This document shows positions 1 through 11,756 of a DNA stretch of 44,915 nt, piece after piece. The stretch spans positions 17,329,770 through 17,374,684 of the forward strand of contig NC_068982.1 of NCBI RefSeq assembly GCF_001194135.2, read 5' to 3'. How positions within the stretch are numbered: the first letter of the stretch is position 1; every line of letters starts with the position of its first letter. A model generated the notes under the pieces. It saw only the letters and a list, made by a program, of their open reading frames with translations, had not been told where the DNA came from and searched no databases. The translations under genes were made by a program, and so were the position numbers. Source of the stretch: Octopus bimaculoides (taxonomy: Eukaryota).

Positions 1-334
1 GGTGGTGTGGTGGGCGTAGCGGAGGTTGTGGTGGTGCTGGTGGTAGTAGTGGTGGGGGTTGTGGTAGTGGTGGTGGTGGTAGTGGCGGTGGCGGTGGTGG
101 TAGTGGTGGTGGTAGTGGTGGTGTTGGTGGTATTGGTGGTGGTAACATTGTCGATGGCTATGACAATAATGATAGCGTAGGCGATTCGTGAGGTATGACC
201 GTCTTGCTAATGGTGGAAGGATATCTAGACGGACCATTTAAAGAGTTCAACAACGACAACAGCAACAACAACTACTACTATTACTACTACTACTACTGCT
301 ACTACTACTACTACTGCTGCTGCTACTGCTGCTG

Positions 335-380
<46 letters not shown>

Positions 381-745
381 GATGATGGCATATAAGAACA
401 ATAAATAATAACCAATAAGAGACTTGGGAAAAACGTATAATGCTCATAGAGGGTGATATAGAAAGAAAAGAGATTAATACTAAGAGAGCGAGCGAGAAAA
501 GGAGAGAGAAGAGACAGAGAGAGAGAAGAGACAGAGAGAGAGAAGAGACAGAGAGAGAGACGAGACACAGAGAGAGAAGAGACAGAGAGAGAGAGAGGGA
601 GAGAGAGAGAGAGAGGGAGAGAGAGAAGGAGAGAGAGAGGGAGAGTGACAAATTCAGAAAAAGCAAAGAGACGTTGAGAGAGATACAGAGAGATAGAGAA
701 AAGCAGAGAGAGAGAGAGAGAGAGTGAGAGAGAGATGAGAGAGAG
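1..745. repeat. Compound simple repeats: (GGT)n 1-140, (AAC)/(TAC)/(TGC)n 248-382, (GA)n-rich 483-745
   Basis: Read directly from the sequence. Confidence 0.95.
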
Positions 746-1328
746 GAGAGTAGAAGGTGCAGGATCCTGAAGACATTGCAGAAAACAAGAAATAGATTCT
801 CAGGGTATCACTCAAAGTAATACGTGTGTGCATCTACAAGTGTCTTTGCACATACGTACAGTGTGTTTATGTCCATACACGAGTGTATGTATGCATGTTT
901 GTATGTATGTATACATATGCATACATATATATATATATACAAAATGGCTGTTAGTTAGCAAGGTGAGACACACATAAGAAAGAAGNNNNNNNNNNNNNNN
1001 NNNNNNNNNNNNNNNNNNNNNNNNNNNNNNNNNNNNNNNNNNNNNNNNNNNNNNNNNNNNNNNNNNNNNNNNNNNNNNNNNNNNNTGCTCCAGCATGGCC
1101 ACAGTCAGATGACTGAAACAAGTAAAAGAGTATATGTTTGATGAATGTATTATTGAGGCATTGTTTCACAGCCAGATTGCCCTTCCTGTCACTAACCATT
1201 TCCTTATAAGGGATCTCTTCTTTTACATGCCTTCATTGGTGCACAGCCAGTGGATGATTTCTTGGAAGGAGAAATAACAAGTGTCACCACATACACACTC
1301 TCTTTACACTCATTTCCCTCCATGTGTT

Positions 1329-1593
1329 ATTTCTTTACTACCCACAAGGGGCTACACACAGAGGGGACAAACAAGGACAGACAAACGGATTAAGTCGATT
1401 ATACCGACCTCCAGTGCGTAACTGGTACTTATTTAATCGACCCCCAGTGCGTAACTGGTACTTATTTAATCGACCTCCGAAAGGATGAAAGGCAGAGTCG
1501 ACCTCAGCGGAATTTGAACTCAGAACGTAGCGGTAGACGAAATACCGCTAAGCATTTCGCCCGGGGTGCTAACGTTTCTGCCAGCTCGCCGCC
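1329..1593 (-). mobile_element. SINE family B (tRNA-derived head), full-length, with an internal ~33-bp tandem duplication at 1411-1475
   Basis: Reverse complement of ggcggcgagctggcagaaacgttagc...gagttcaaattccgc.gaggtcgac...tttgtcccctc...gtggg..taaagaaata. ccagtgcgtaactggtacttatttaatcgacc occurs twice. Confidence 0.85.
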
Positions 1594-1658
1594 TGTGTGT
1601 GTGTGTGTGTGCATGCGTATGTGTAAAAAGAGAACACAAACAACATTTAAAATTTACA

Positions 1659-1924
1659 ACAGTTGTTTCAGAAGAATTTTAGTGATGTGTTCATAGATTA
1701 CATCATAACATATAATCCACCATCTTCAGATAAACTTTTAAACCAGTGAAATGTCAAATGGGGGAGACTACATCAAACCAGATGAATCCGGTGTCATTGA
1801 ACCAGATTCATGTAATCTCACCTGTTTGACATCTTACCTATTTAAACTTTTACTTGAAGAATGTGGATTATATGTTATTATGTAATCTATAAATACATCA
1901 ATAAACTTCTACCGAAACAGCTGT
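1659..1924. repeat. ~266-bp imperfect palindrome (long hairpin)
   Basis: 1659-1773 aligns to the reverse complement of 1810-1924. Inner stem atgaatccggt/accagattcat with a loop of about 8 nt. Confidence 0.85.
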
Positions 1925-2140
1925 CATGAATATTAAACACCAAGACCACACCTGGAACCAATCCCAGAGTCAAATGTACAGTTTAAATTTCATTTGGTAT
2001 TTACATATCTACTGTATCCTACCAAAACTTGATACCTTCATTGTTGTTTACCTCACTGGGAAATCTATGTTATTGTACCTAGCCATTTCTGGCATCCTAC
2101 ATGTTGATATGCCTTGGTACTATTGAATTCTTATAACTAA

Positions 2141-2176
<36 letters not shown>

Positions 2177-2442
2177 CCAGTGGCACGTAAAAAGCACCAT
2201 TTGAGCGCGATCATTTCCAGCTTTGCCTTATGGCACTTGTGCCGGTGGCATGTGAACAAAACATTGGACTAACTCCTGTGCAGGTGCCACATAAAAAACA
2301 CCATTTGAGCGTAGCTGTTACCAGTACCGCATTAAAAAATGCATGTTTCTTCAAGAATACCCAGTCATTCTTTTACTTGTTTCCTCTAATGGTGGTAACG
2401 ACAAGCATTACTTTTCCAATTAACCTTCCATATCCCACATGT

Positions 2443-2490
<48 letters not shown>

Positions 2491-2685
2491 GATAGGCTTC
2501 TTTTAATTTCTATTTACCAAATTTACTTACAAGGCTTTCGTTAGCTCAGAGCTATATACAATCGACAACATTTGTCCAAGATGCCATTTATTGTGGATTA
2601 TCAAACTTTCAGCTGTTTTGCTGTACCTGTCTGGTTTTACTTATTTCTTGTGTTTTTGTTCATTTTTTTTTCTTCTTACCTCTAG

Positions 2686-2790
2686 AGTCCACCTGGGATG
2701 AAGCAAGTTGTTCTGTCATTTTTCACACGACTTTTGACCCGGATCAAGCAGCCTCTCTTACCACATATCAATGTTCACAGAGCTGTACAG
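2686..2790 (+). CDS. FHIP2A: FHIP2A/FAM160B1-like, first visible coding exon ([35 protein letters not shown]); gene 5'-truncated
   Basis: Pyrimidine tract + tag acceptor, gtaaag donor, 105 nt, phase 0/0. Closely resembles the recalled vertebrate FAM160B1 segment [35 protein letters not shown]. Confidence 0.92.
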
Positions 2791-3167
2791 GTAAAGTTTT
2801 TGTGATGTTGGTTCTTTACTCAAAATGAAAGGAAAGCACTCTCTTATAATTTAACATTTTTCACTTGTTGTTGTTATAATTTAACCTCAAGTCAGTCCTA
2901 AGTGAATAGAACTATGATCATCAACATTCAAGCCATGACATCCTAACTTTTTTAAACATAGATTATCTCATCCTACATCATCTGGTATGTCTTTCCTATT
3001 TTAAAAACTGACTTAGAGTGTGATTTGAGAGAGATTTGGCTGTTATTTCTAGCATGGTTAATAATCTATGTGGAGGCTCCTTCATTGGTGTATTTTCCCT
3101 AGTCTTTGATTTAGGAAGTGACTCTTCAGCAAAATTAGCTTTATACACTCCACTATGACTTCTAGTG

Positions 3168-3290
3168 TGGAGGCGCAATGGCCCAGTGGTTAGGGCAGCA
3201 GACTCGCGGTCATAGGGTCGCGGTTTTGATTCCCAGACCAGGCGTTGTGAGTGTTTATTGAGCGAAAACACCTAAAGCTCCACGAGGCTG
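3168..3290 (+). mobile_element. SINE family C, 5' portion only
   Basis: About 120 bp nearly identical to 11135-11255. Confidence 0.8.
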
Positions 3291-3748
3291 GAGTATGATA
3301 GCAGGACAGGAACAGTTGTCTTGCTGTAGGAAAGATACATGGCTACCCTGCCTCATATAAAGATAGATTAAAAATTGTGATAAGTTCGCAGGATATACCC
3401 GCATAATGCAGTCTGCACAACTGTAAAAAAATTTCACTGTTATTGTGAAATATTATCCAGTTGTAAAAACTCCTCAAATCTATTCAGGTCTAAGTGGCCA
3501 ATTTGCTCACCATATGTTATGGATACAAAACTTGGGTAAACCAAGGTTTACTTTAGATTGTCACAATTACAATCGGTTTCATTCATTATTTATGGTTGAA
3601 TTGTGGCAGACATTTGCAATAAAAGCTTTCCTTACGATGCTTGCAACATGTGAAAATGGATGTAGACTAGTTTGTAATAAAAAGTTATTTTGTCATTTGA
3701 TGAAATTGAAATCTATCTTTTTTTCTTTTTTTTTCAAATTTTGTATAG

Positions 3749-3871
3749 CGATTGATTAAAATATGTGGTGAAATTAAGTCTGGACCATCTGAAAATGAAG
3801 AAATTCAGTTTTTGTGTACATTATGTGCCAAAATCAAATCTGATCCATACTTAGTAAACTTCTTTTTGGAG
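3749..3871 (+). CDS. FHIP2A: FHIP2A-like exon ([41 protein letters not shown])
   Basis: ttgtatag acceptor, gttagt donor, 123 nt, phase 0/0. Carries the FAM160B motif [22 protein letters not shown]. Confidence 0.95.
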
Positions 3872-3995
3872 GTTAGTATAAATTTTTATTCACATAGGCA
3901 TGTACATACATACATACATACATACATACATACATACATGCATGGATGTATGCATAGCCAAATAGTAGCATATTTTCAACAAAATATACAGTATA

Positions 3996-4384
3996 GGCGC
4001 AGGAGTGGCTGTGTGGTAAGTAGCTTGCTTACCAACCACATGGTTCTGGGTTCAGTTCCACTGCGTGGCACCTTGGGCAAGTGTCTTCTACTATTGCCTC
4101 GAGCCGACCAAAGCCTTGTGAGTGGATTTGGTAGACGGAAACTGAAAGAAGCCCGTCGTATATATGTATATGTTTGTGTGTGTGTTTGTCCTCCCAACAT
4201 CGCTTGACAACTGATGCTGGTGTGTTTACGTCCCCGTAACTTAGCGGTTCGGCAAAAGGGACCGATAGATTAAGTACTAGGCTTATAAAAGAATAAGTCC
4301 TGGGATCGATTTGCTCGACTAAAGGCAGTACTCCAGCATGGCCACAGTCAAATGACTGAAACAAGTAAAAAGAGAGTAAAGAGT
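3996..4384 (+). mobile_element. SINE family A, full-length copy
   Basis: Head ggcgcaggagtggctgtgtggtaag...gggttcagt.ccac (tRNA-like A/B-box pattern), internal (TA)/(TG) tract, tail gactgaaacaagtaaaaga(gagtaaa)n. Multi-copy in this window. Confidence 0.85.
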
Positions 4385-5188
4385 ATGCATTCATTCACAT
4401 TCTATGCCTATATATGGTCATGGATTGGCTTTGGATTCACTGAATCAGTAGAGTGACATACAGAATAACTTGACGTATGTGATTCTCTTTATATTCTAAA
4501 TTTAAATCGTACTCAGATTGAATTCATTCTACTGATTCTGTCAATCGACTGCCAATCCATGACTAGATATATACATAAAATGTGAATAAATGGATATTGT
4601 ATATTTTGTTTGAAATGTGCCACAATTTGGCTGGAGGATTCATGAAAGATAAATATAGGCTGAAAAACTCTTTACATGTAGTTGTTAGATCTGACTGTAA
4701 AAGATGCCAGATAACTATGGTAGCTGCTATGAAACTTATGGTGGAGGGGAAAGACATGTATTCAGTGCTTTTCCCCACAATAAAAATAAATATATGACTG
4801 TTGTATACAGGTTGGCAACAGGAAGAGCATCCTAATATAAACATCTAGCACAATTTCAGAAATTTATTATGTGCATTGGAAAAGGCCACTTAGAAGGCCT
4901 CCACGATGATGGTAAACAATTTAGTCAAGCAATTTGGGTCAAGACGAAAAAGAATGGCACAATCAAGACAGTTGGAAGTGCATTGTGACCAGCAGTGTAT
5001 AACAGCATCTGATGTCCTGGTTGATACTGTGATTGTGCAGGAGCAACATGTGGAGATGAATGTTGTTGTTTCCATGCCAGTTTTGAATGCTGAGTATATA
5101 ACTAAAATTCATGATAATTTGAACAAAAGAATTGCTTTAAATTATTTCAAGGTTAATTTTTTATTTCACCTTTTTTTTTTCTGTTTAG

Positions 5189-5317
5189 GTCCCCAAGAAT
5201 TCAGATGGACCAAAATATGCACAGCTTTCACCTTTGTCACAAATGGGGCCAAAGTCATCAAAGCGTTCCTTAGAGTATTCCATTGTGAATTCATTGTTGG
5301 CAATGTGCTCCAGTGAG
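5189..5317 (+). CDS. FHIP2A: FHIP2A-like exon (VPKNSDGPKYAQLSPLSQMGPKSSKRSLEYSIVNSLLAMCSSE)
   Basis: T-tract + tttag acceptor, gtaagt donor, 129 nt, phase 0/0. YSIVNSLL matches the FAM160B Y.LVNSLL segment that precedes DGR.AVKACEGL. Not in the supplied ORF frame. Confidence 0.85.
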
Positions 5318-5900
5318 GTAAGTTTCACTATAAATTATCTTTATTCTACTTTCATGTGTATATATATATATCTGCCAGCATGGAAGACAGATATTAAATG
5401 ATGTTGATGGTGATATGTACATACACATTTGCGCAGGCATAAGATGATAAGATGTGATTAAAAGTTCACTTTCCAGTCACATGATCTCTAGTTCAGTTTC
5501 ACTGTGCAACAATTTGGGCAAGTGTCTTTCACTATAACCTCATGTCAACCAAAGCCTAGTGAGCAGATTTGAAGATAAGAAACTGAAAGAATCCTGTTTT
5601 ATATATATTTATATATATTAAATGTAAATTGAAAACAGAACACAAAGAATATCATGGCACACATGTTTCAAGCTTTATACACAAACTGTCATTACATCAG
5701 TATATAAAGGATGGTTTAAAGCTATCTTCAGCCGCAAACATTTTCAGTCCCAAGATTACATCACAAAGAAAAAGAGAGAGAGAAGGGAAAGTCCACTTAG
5801 TATTATCCATTATAATAGGCTTATCCTTTAAACTGTTATATCTGCATAAATATTCGTTGGTATTCAGAAATCTGCCCATTCTGTACCACAATTCAGCATA

Positions 5901-5941
<41 letters not shown>

Positions 5942-6716
5942 AATGAAGATGTGTGTTATGTATGGAAAGGTGTGTTTGTTGTGTCTCTTTGTTTTGATGT
6001 TGTGCATTAGTTTAAACGAACATCACTGTCAGGCAAAGGCAAGTGATGCCTTCCCTTTGTTTCCAATCTAAGATGAAAACATATCCAGCTTTATTGGAGT
6101 ATTACCATGCTCGGAAACAGGTGAGGGTTGGTAACAGGAAGAGCATATAGTTGTAGAAATTCTGTCTGATCCATGCATGTATGGAAAACGTTTGTAACCT
6201 ATGAGATGTAATTAGCAGAGGAAATGGTTGCTCTGAAAGCATGGTAGCGAAGGTAAGAAAGGGTTGTGAAAATGTTCAGGAGCTATTACTGGTGCTGGCA
6301 ATAACGGTATGTTTCTTCAAACTGAAGGGCAGATTGTATTGTGCTTGCTGTAGAACTGTAATGCTGCTATGGACTTGAGAAAATTGGGAAAAAATGAAAC
6401 CAGCATACTTTGGTGGATGTTCAATGTAAATGTACATGAATGATATGATAAAGTACTCATGGTTATAGGTTCAAATCCCAATGTGTGGCACCTTAAGTAT
6501 CTCCTATAGCCTTTGGTTGTCTAATGTCTTGTGTGGAATTATTTAAACTAGTCTATATAAGGCATCATCATTGTTCTACATTTGCTTTCCATGCTGTCAT
6601 GAATATATATATACTTACATGTATGGTTGTGTGTCTTTAAAAAATAGTGTCAAAAAATAAGCTATATTTTATTCAAAAGTTCTTTATTTTAATGGTAATT
6701 TTATTTCTCCAAACAG

Positions 6717-6910
6717 GATGGAAGAGTTGCTGTGAAAGCTTGTGAAGGTCTAATGTTGTGTTCAAGTCTTCCAGAGAAATCTGCTGTTACCTGTCTCATA
6801 GAAAATACTGACTTCTGTGCCAATCTGACCAACCGTCTCATTAAGCTCTACCAACGTTTACCTTCTACAGTCAATCCAGATGACCTAGATGCAGTTTATG
6901 CAAAATGGGG
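6717..6910 (+). CDS. FHIP2A: FHIP2A-like exon (DGRVAVKACEGLMLCSSLPE...AVYAKWG)
   Basis: caaacag acceptor, gtaaat donor, 194 nt, phase 0/2. Hallmark DGR.AVKACEGLML. Confidence 0.95.
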
Positions 6911-7662
6911 GTAAATAAAGTTTGTATTTTCCATGACTACAACTGAAGTGTGTTTTGAACTTAGGATCAGATGGTCAAACTTTGTTACTAAAGCCATTTT
7001 ATATTGTGCCTCTGAGCAAAGCATATAACCCTGCTTGTTCCTCTTTGTGTGAATGTCAAAGAATGGATAACAAGTTCCACTCTTACTTTATGGTGTAGTG
7101 GTTGCAGGTAAGAAGACCATCCAGCTGTAAAACCAGTTGGTCTTGGCCAAAGAGACCAATTGAATAAGTACCAGGCATTAAAGACAAAAAAGTACTGGGG
7201 TGTGTTGATTACTTGACTAAAAATTCTTCAAGGCGGTACCCCAGCATGGCCACAATCTAATGACAGGAGCAAGTAAAAGATTAAAAGTTAAAAATATATC
7301 CTTTGTGCAGTCTCTTGACCTGCTAAAAATAACAACTAAAGGTCCTTCATGTTGCACCTTAAAAAGTAAATGGAGTTGGTGAATAAAGTACCAGTCGATT
7401 GTAAGAGTTTAGCAGATTTGTTAGAACATCAAATCTGAGTAGTTGCATTCTGAGTCTAAATTCCATAGATGTCCCTGGCCATTCATCCACCATGGGTCCT
7501 CAACTAATTATGAAAGTCTCCAGCCATTGTCACCAACGAGGATTATGGCCGTCAACTACTTCAGTTGTATCTAGGTTGTAAAGGATAAAAGTCTTTTTTT
7601 TTTTTTTTTTTTTTTTACTAACTTTCCATTTGTTTCTAATTTCCAATTATTATATTTTCCAG

Positions 7663-7854
7663 GTTGGATGGAATATCTGAAACTGAAAACCAACAAACTT
7701 TTCCTGGTAAACGCAATGTTGTGTCTTTCCTCTCTTGGCTTGATTACTGTGATCAACTAATCACTATTGCCAATCCCACAGTCGCTCGAGCTTTTGCTAG
7801 ATTTATCTACAGCAACTTTCTCGTAGCATTCATTGAACCAGCCATCATGCAAAC
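7663..7854 (+). CDS. FHIP2A: FHIP2A-like exon (LDGISE...FPGKRNVVSFLSWLDYCDQLI...EPAIMQT)
   Basis: ttccag acceptor, gtaatt donor, 192 nt, phase 2/2. Motif FPGKR...SFLSW.DYCDQL. Confidence 0.95.
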
Positions 7855-7981
7855 GTAATTGTATTTTCTTGTTCTGATTCAATTATTCTGTGCCAGTTTC
7901 TTCTTTTAATCAAAATTTGGACATTTTATTTTAATTTAATTTTTTATCACATCAAAAGAGTGGCTGTGTGGTAGGTAGCTT

Positions 7982-8210
7982 GTTTCTTTATTGCCCACAA
8001 GGGGCTAAACATAGAGGGGACAAACAAGGACAGACAAAGGGATTAAGTCGATTACATCGACCCCAGTGATAACTGGTACTTAATTTATCGACCCTGAAAG
8101 GATGAAAGGCAAAGTCGACCTCGGCGGAATTTGAACTCAGAACGTAGCAGCAGACGAAATACCAATAAGCATTTCGCCCGGCGTGCTAACGTTTCTGCCA
8201 ACTCGCTGCC
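7982..8210 (-). mobile_element. SINE family B, full-length
   Basis: Near-identical to 1329-1593. Confidence 0.85.
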
Positions 8211-8750
8211 TTAAGTTAATATTTTAAAATCAACCTTGCAGATAAAGTATGCTAATCTCTTCATCATCACCATCATTTAATGCCCATGCTGGTACCACAT
8301 AAAAAACCCCCATGTTGGTGGCACGTAGAAAAGCACCTGTACCAGTGCCACACCAAAAAAGCATCCATGCTGGTTTCACGTAAAAAGTACGCAGTGCACT
8401 CTGTAAAGTGGATGGCATTAGGAAAGGCATCCAGCTGTAGAAGCCATGCCAAAACAGACTGGGACCTGATGCAGCCCTCTGACTTGCCAACTCCCATCAA
8501 ACCATCCAGCTAGTACCAGCATGGAAATTGGATGTTAAGTCATGATGATGATAATGTTCCATGCTGGTGTAGGTTGGATATTTTAATAGGATCCAATGGG
8601 TCCAAGGACTGCATTGTGCTCTATTGCCGACTTTGGGATGGTTTCTATGGCTTTCACATGACTTATTTGTTGTTCATACACTCATCCTTTCGGTGGCTGA
8701 GGCTCCGGTTATAAGATACTGCAGTGATGCATGATTTACCACACACTGTT

Positions 8751-8781
<31 letters not shown>

Positions 8782-8920
8782 AGAAAACTTAAGCTCCCTT
8801 CCTCTTCCCTTGTAAAAATGTTTGGAAAGATAGCATTTTTAGGGTTATGCTATATTTTCAAACAGTTGAGGTTGCAGTTGCTGCTTTAGAAATGTCAAAT
8901 AACTGAGCTAAGCACTTTCC

Positions 8921-9450
8921 ATTATTTAGTTTCATAAGAAGGTGGTGAGCTGGCAGAATCGTTAGCCCCGTTGGACGAAATGCTTAGCGGTATTTCGTCT
9001 GCTGCTATGTTCTGAGTTCAAATTCCACCGTGGTCGACTTTGCTTTTTGGGGTCGATGAATTAAGTACCAGTGAAACACTGGGGTTGATGTAATCGACTA
9101 GTCCCTTTCCCCCAAATTTCAGGACTTGTGCCTTTAGTAGAAAGGATTATTTAGTTTCATTAGGCTGTGAGCTGTTAGAATCATTAACATGTCAGACAAA
9201 ATGCTTAGTGGCATTTTCTACTGACTCAACCTTTCTGAATTCAAGTGCTTCCAAGGTCCATATTGCCTTTTATCCTTTTGTGGTGGTGGAGGGGGTGTCA
9301 ATAAAATAAGTACCAGTTGAGCACTGAAGTCAATGCAGTTGACCAGCCATAAATTTCAGGTCTTCTGCTCATAGTAGAAAGGGTCAATTAGTTTCATCAG
9401 GATGGTGAATTGGCAGATTCCTTAGTGTATTGGACATAGTATCTGGAAGT
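8921..9450 (+). mobile_element. Head-to-tail array of three SINE family B copies (progressively degraded)
   Basis: Heads at about 8940, 9163 and 9400, each preceded by (att)a(t)ttagtttcat. Confidence 0.7.
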
Positions 9451-9761
9451 ATTTCTTGTCATCATGGTTGTAAATGAGCATCACCATCATACAAGCAATG
9501 CTCTTTGCTTCCAGTCTTCCATGAATAACGTCTGTCCATGGGGGAAAAAAAAATTACCTTGCTTGGAAACAGGTAAGGGTTGGTGACCAGACAGGCATAT
9601 GACTAGAGAATCTCTGTCAGCAGATTCTGTCTGACCCAGCCGAGCATGGAAAAATGGACACTGAAATGGTCTTGGTGAAGAGTTGTGATCTGCTTCAAAA
9701 TGTGACCATTCTATGAGTTTGATTTTATCTCTTAAGTAACCTCATGTATTTTGCCCTGCAG

Positions 9762-9841
9762 GAGTGAGTCTGGTGTGGTGGCAGCTACAGCTTACCTTAG
9801 GCGGTGCTTAAAGACTGTTGTGTCAAGTATTTTGCTGTCTG
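9762..9841 (+). CDS. FHIP2A: FHIP2A-like exon (SESGVVAATAYLRRCLKTVVSSILLS)
   Basis: ccctgcag acceptor, gtaaat donor, 80 nt, phase 2/1, which exactly bridges the neighbouring exons. Similar to SE.G...STA.L.R in FAM160B. Confidence 0.88.
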
Positions 9842-10851
9842 GTAAATATCCTTTTATTATTTTTTTATCAATTTTTGCTCTTTAAATTCTGAGTTCATAT
9901 TCCATTTGGATCAGCTTTAACTTGCATCTTTGTTCAGGCCAATAAAATAAAGTGCCAATCAAGTACTGGGGTTGATTTAACTGACTCACCCCCCTCCCTC
10001 AAATCTCTGACCTTGTTCCATTATTCATCATCACCATCATCATCTTTTGACATCCATTTTCTATGCTGACATGGATTGGATGGTTTGACAGGAGCTGGCA
10101 AGGCTGGAGGGCTGCACCAAGGCCCCGGTTGTCTGTTTTGACATGGTTTCTATGGTTTGTTGCCCTTCTTAACATCAACCACTTTACAAAGTGTACTGAG
10201 TGCTTTCTACATGGTGCCAACATGAGTGCTGTTTTATGTAGCACTGGTACGAGTGCTCTTTACATGGTACTGGCACAGGTGCTCCTAACGTGGCACTGGT
10301 ATGTTTGTTATTAAGTGGATTCACAGAATCATTAAAGCATCAGCAAGAATGCTTTGCAGTATTTATTCTGGTGCTTTACTTTCTGAGTTCAGATCCTGAA
10401 GTTGGTTTTGCTTTCATCCTTATAGGGATGTTAAAATAACTGTCAGGTATGGAGATCAAAGTCATTGAAATCGTTGTCACTTCTCAAAATTGCTGGTCTT
10501 GTGTCTAAAATTAAAAATTATTATTATTGTTTTTATATATGAAATGAGTGTAGTGGTAAGAGTGGTTTTAGTATAAATCATTCATGGGCAAACTGAATAT
10601 GTTGAAAATGTAATTCTGGATAGATTATATCAAAAAAAAAAAAAAGGCTTGACAATCATGGTTGGAAAGCCTTTGATTAGGGGTGACTTGAGACTAAAAA
10701 TCAACATACCTCAAAAACTGTGGTTTTTTGTGTTGAATTTGTTTTGTCTTTTTTTTTTCTTTTTTTTAACAATGTTGATTTTATAAAAGTATTTTGTCTT
10801 TAATTAAACTAAAATTTATTGTTTTTGAAAATGTGTTTCTTATTCCTGTAG

Positions 10852-10961
10852 AATTTGTGCGTTTCATTTTGGGAGATGAGAAGAAACCTGAAAAGTCCCA
10901 GGAGAGTTCTTGTAAGATGAAGATGCGCCTCATAGAAAGATGTAATCACTTGTCTGAAGAG
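10852..10961 (+). CDS. FHIP2A: FHIP2A-like exon (EFVRFILGDEKKPE...RLIERCNHLSEE)
   Basis: cctgtag acceptor, gtactg donor, 110 nt, phase 1/0. Motifs FILG and RLIE.C.H.S.E. Confidence 0.92.
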
Positions 10962-11134
10962 GTACTGCAAGATATTTTGGCTATGACACTTTGATCAATT
11001 TTCCTTTTACATGAATATTAGTGAACACAGAGCTTATCTTTTTGTACACAAGAGAAATAGATAAACTGTGGTGCTGTTATATTCATTTTGATTTTAAAAA
11101 CTGTTATTTTCTCAGTCCAGTGATAGTGTTATTG

Positions 11135-11485
11135 TGGAGGCGCAATGGCCCAGTGGTTAGGGCAGCGAACTCGTAGTCATAGGATCACGGTTTCGATTCC
11201 CAGACTGGGCGTTGTGAGTGTTTATTGAGCGAAAACACCTAAAGCTCCACAAGGCTCCGGCAGGGGATGGTGGCGAACCCTGCTGTACTCTTTCACCACA
11301 ACTTTCTCTCACTCTTACTTCCTGTTTCTGTTGTGCCTGTAATTCAAAGGGTCAGCCTTGTCACACTGTGTACACGTGTCTGTGGAGTGCTCAGCCACTT
11401 GCATGTTAATTTCACGAGCAGGCTGTTCCGTTGATTGGATCAACTAGAACCCTCGACGTCGTTAGCGACGGAGTGCCAACTACTA
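11135..11485 (+). mobile_element. SINE family C (tRNA-derived), full-length
   Basis: A box TGGCCCAGTGG and B box GGTTTCGATTCCC in the head, a non-tRNA body, and atagtgtt on both flanks (possible TSD). Confidence 0.8.
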
Positions 11486-11563
11486 ATAGTGTTGTTAATA
11501 ATCATTTAATAAATTACTTTACTTTATCCTACATTTAATTTATTTTCTTGTTTTTTTTTGCAG

Positions 11564-11756
11564 ATTTCTTTGATATCACTGAAGCTTTTTGATACTTTGT
11601 TACAAAAGAATTGTAGCTTCATTGTATACAACTTGGTGCTGCGTAATTTAGAAGGAGGGAAACACATTCAGTCAGGAGTTTCCTGTCACTACAGTTTACA
11701 ATCTAAATGTCCTGCATCTTTGGCTGACACTGTTTTTAGCGATTCCATAACTATAG
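11564..11756 (+). CDS. FHIP2A: FHIP2A-like exon (ISLISLKLFDTLLQKNCSFIVYNLVLRNLE...DSITI)
   Basis: T-tract + gcag acceptor; gtaggt donor at 11757 gives phase 1, matching the next exon; 193 nt. Motif YNLVLRNLE. Confidence 0.9.

Noticed and set aside
195-727. ORFs with poly-Y, poly-S/LS and RE repeats
   Set aside because: Translations of (TAC)n and (GA)n microsatellites; no splice or homology support.
3976-4394. Recurrent ORFs such as [14 protein letters not shown] / LPFQ / [11 protein letters not shown] in several places
   Set aside because: Chance translations of SINE family A copies. The apparent protein similarity only reflects the shared repeat.
4906-5316. 136-aa ORF overlapping the third FHIP2 exon, with an in-frame AAG|gt donor at 5152
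   Set aside because: The real exon is in another frame. The implied intron to 5189 would be only 37 nt, and exon 3749-3871 already joins 5189 in phase.
8285-8400. CRISPR-like ~27-bp repeats
   Set aside because: Animal intron, repeats directly adjacent and degenerate without unique spacers, no cas genes; they are part of a retroposon.
11135-11210. tRNA gene (A and B boxes, also at 3168-3240)
   Set aside because: No complete cloverleaf or acceptor stem; it continues into a shared non-tRNA body, so it is a SINE head.
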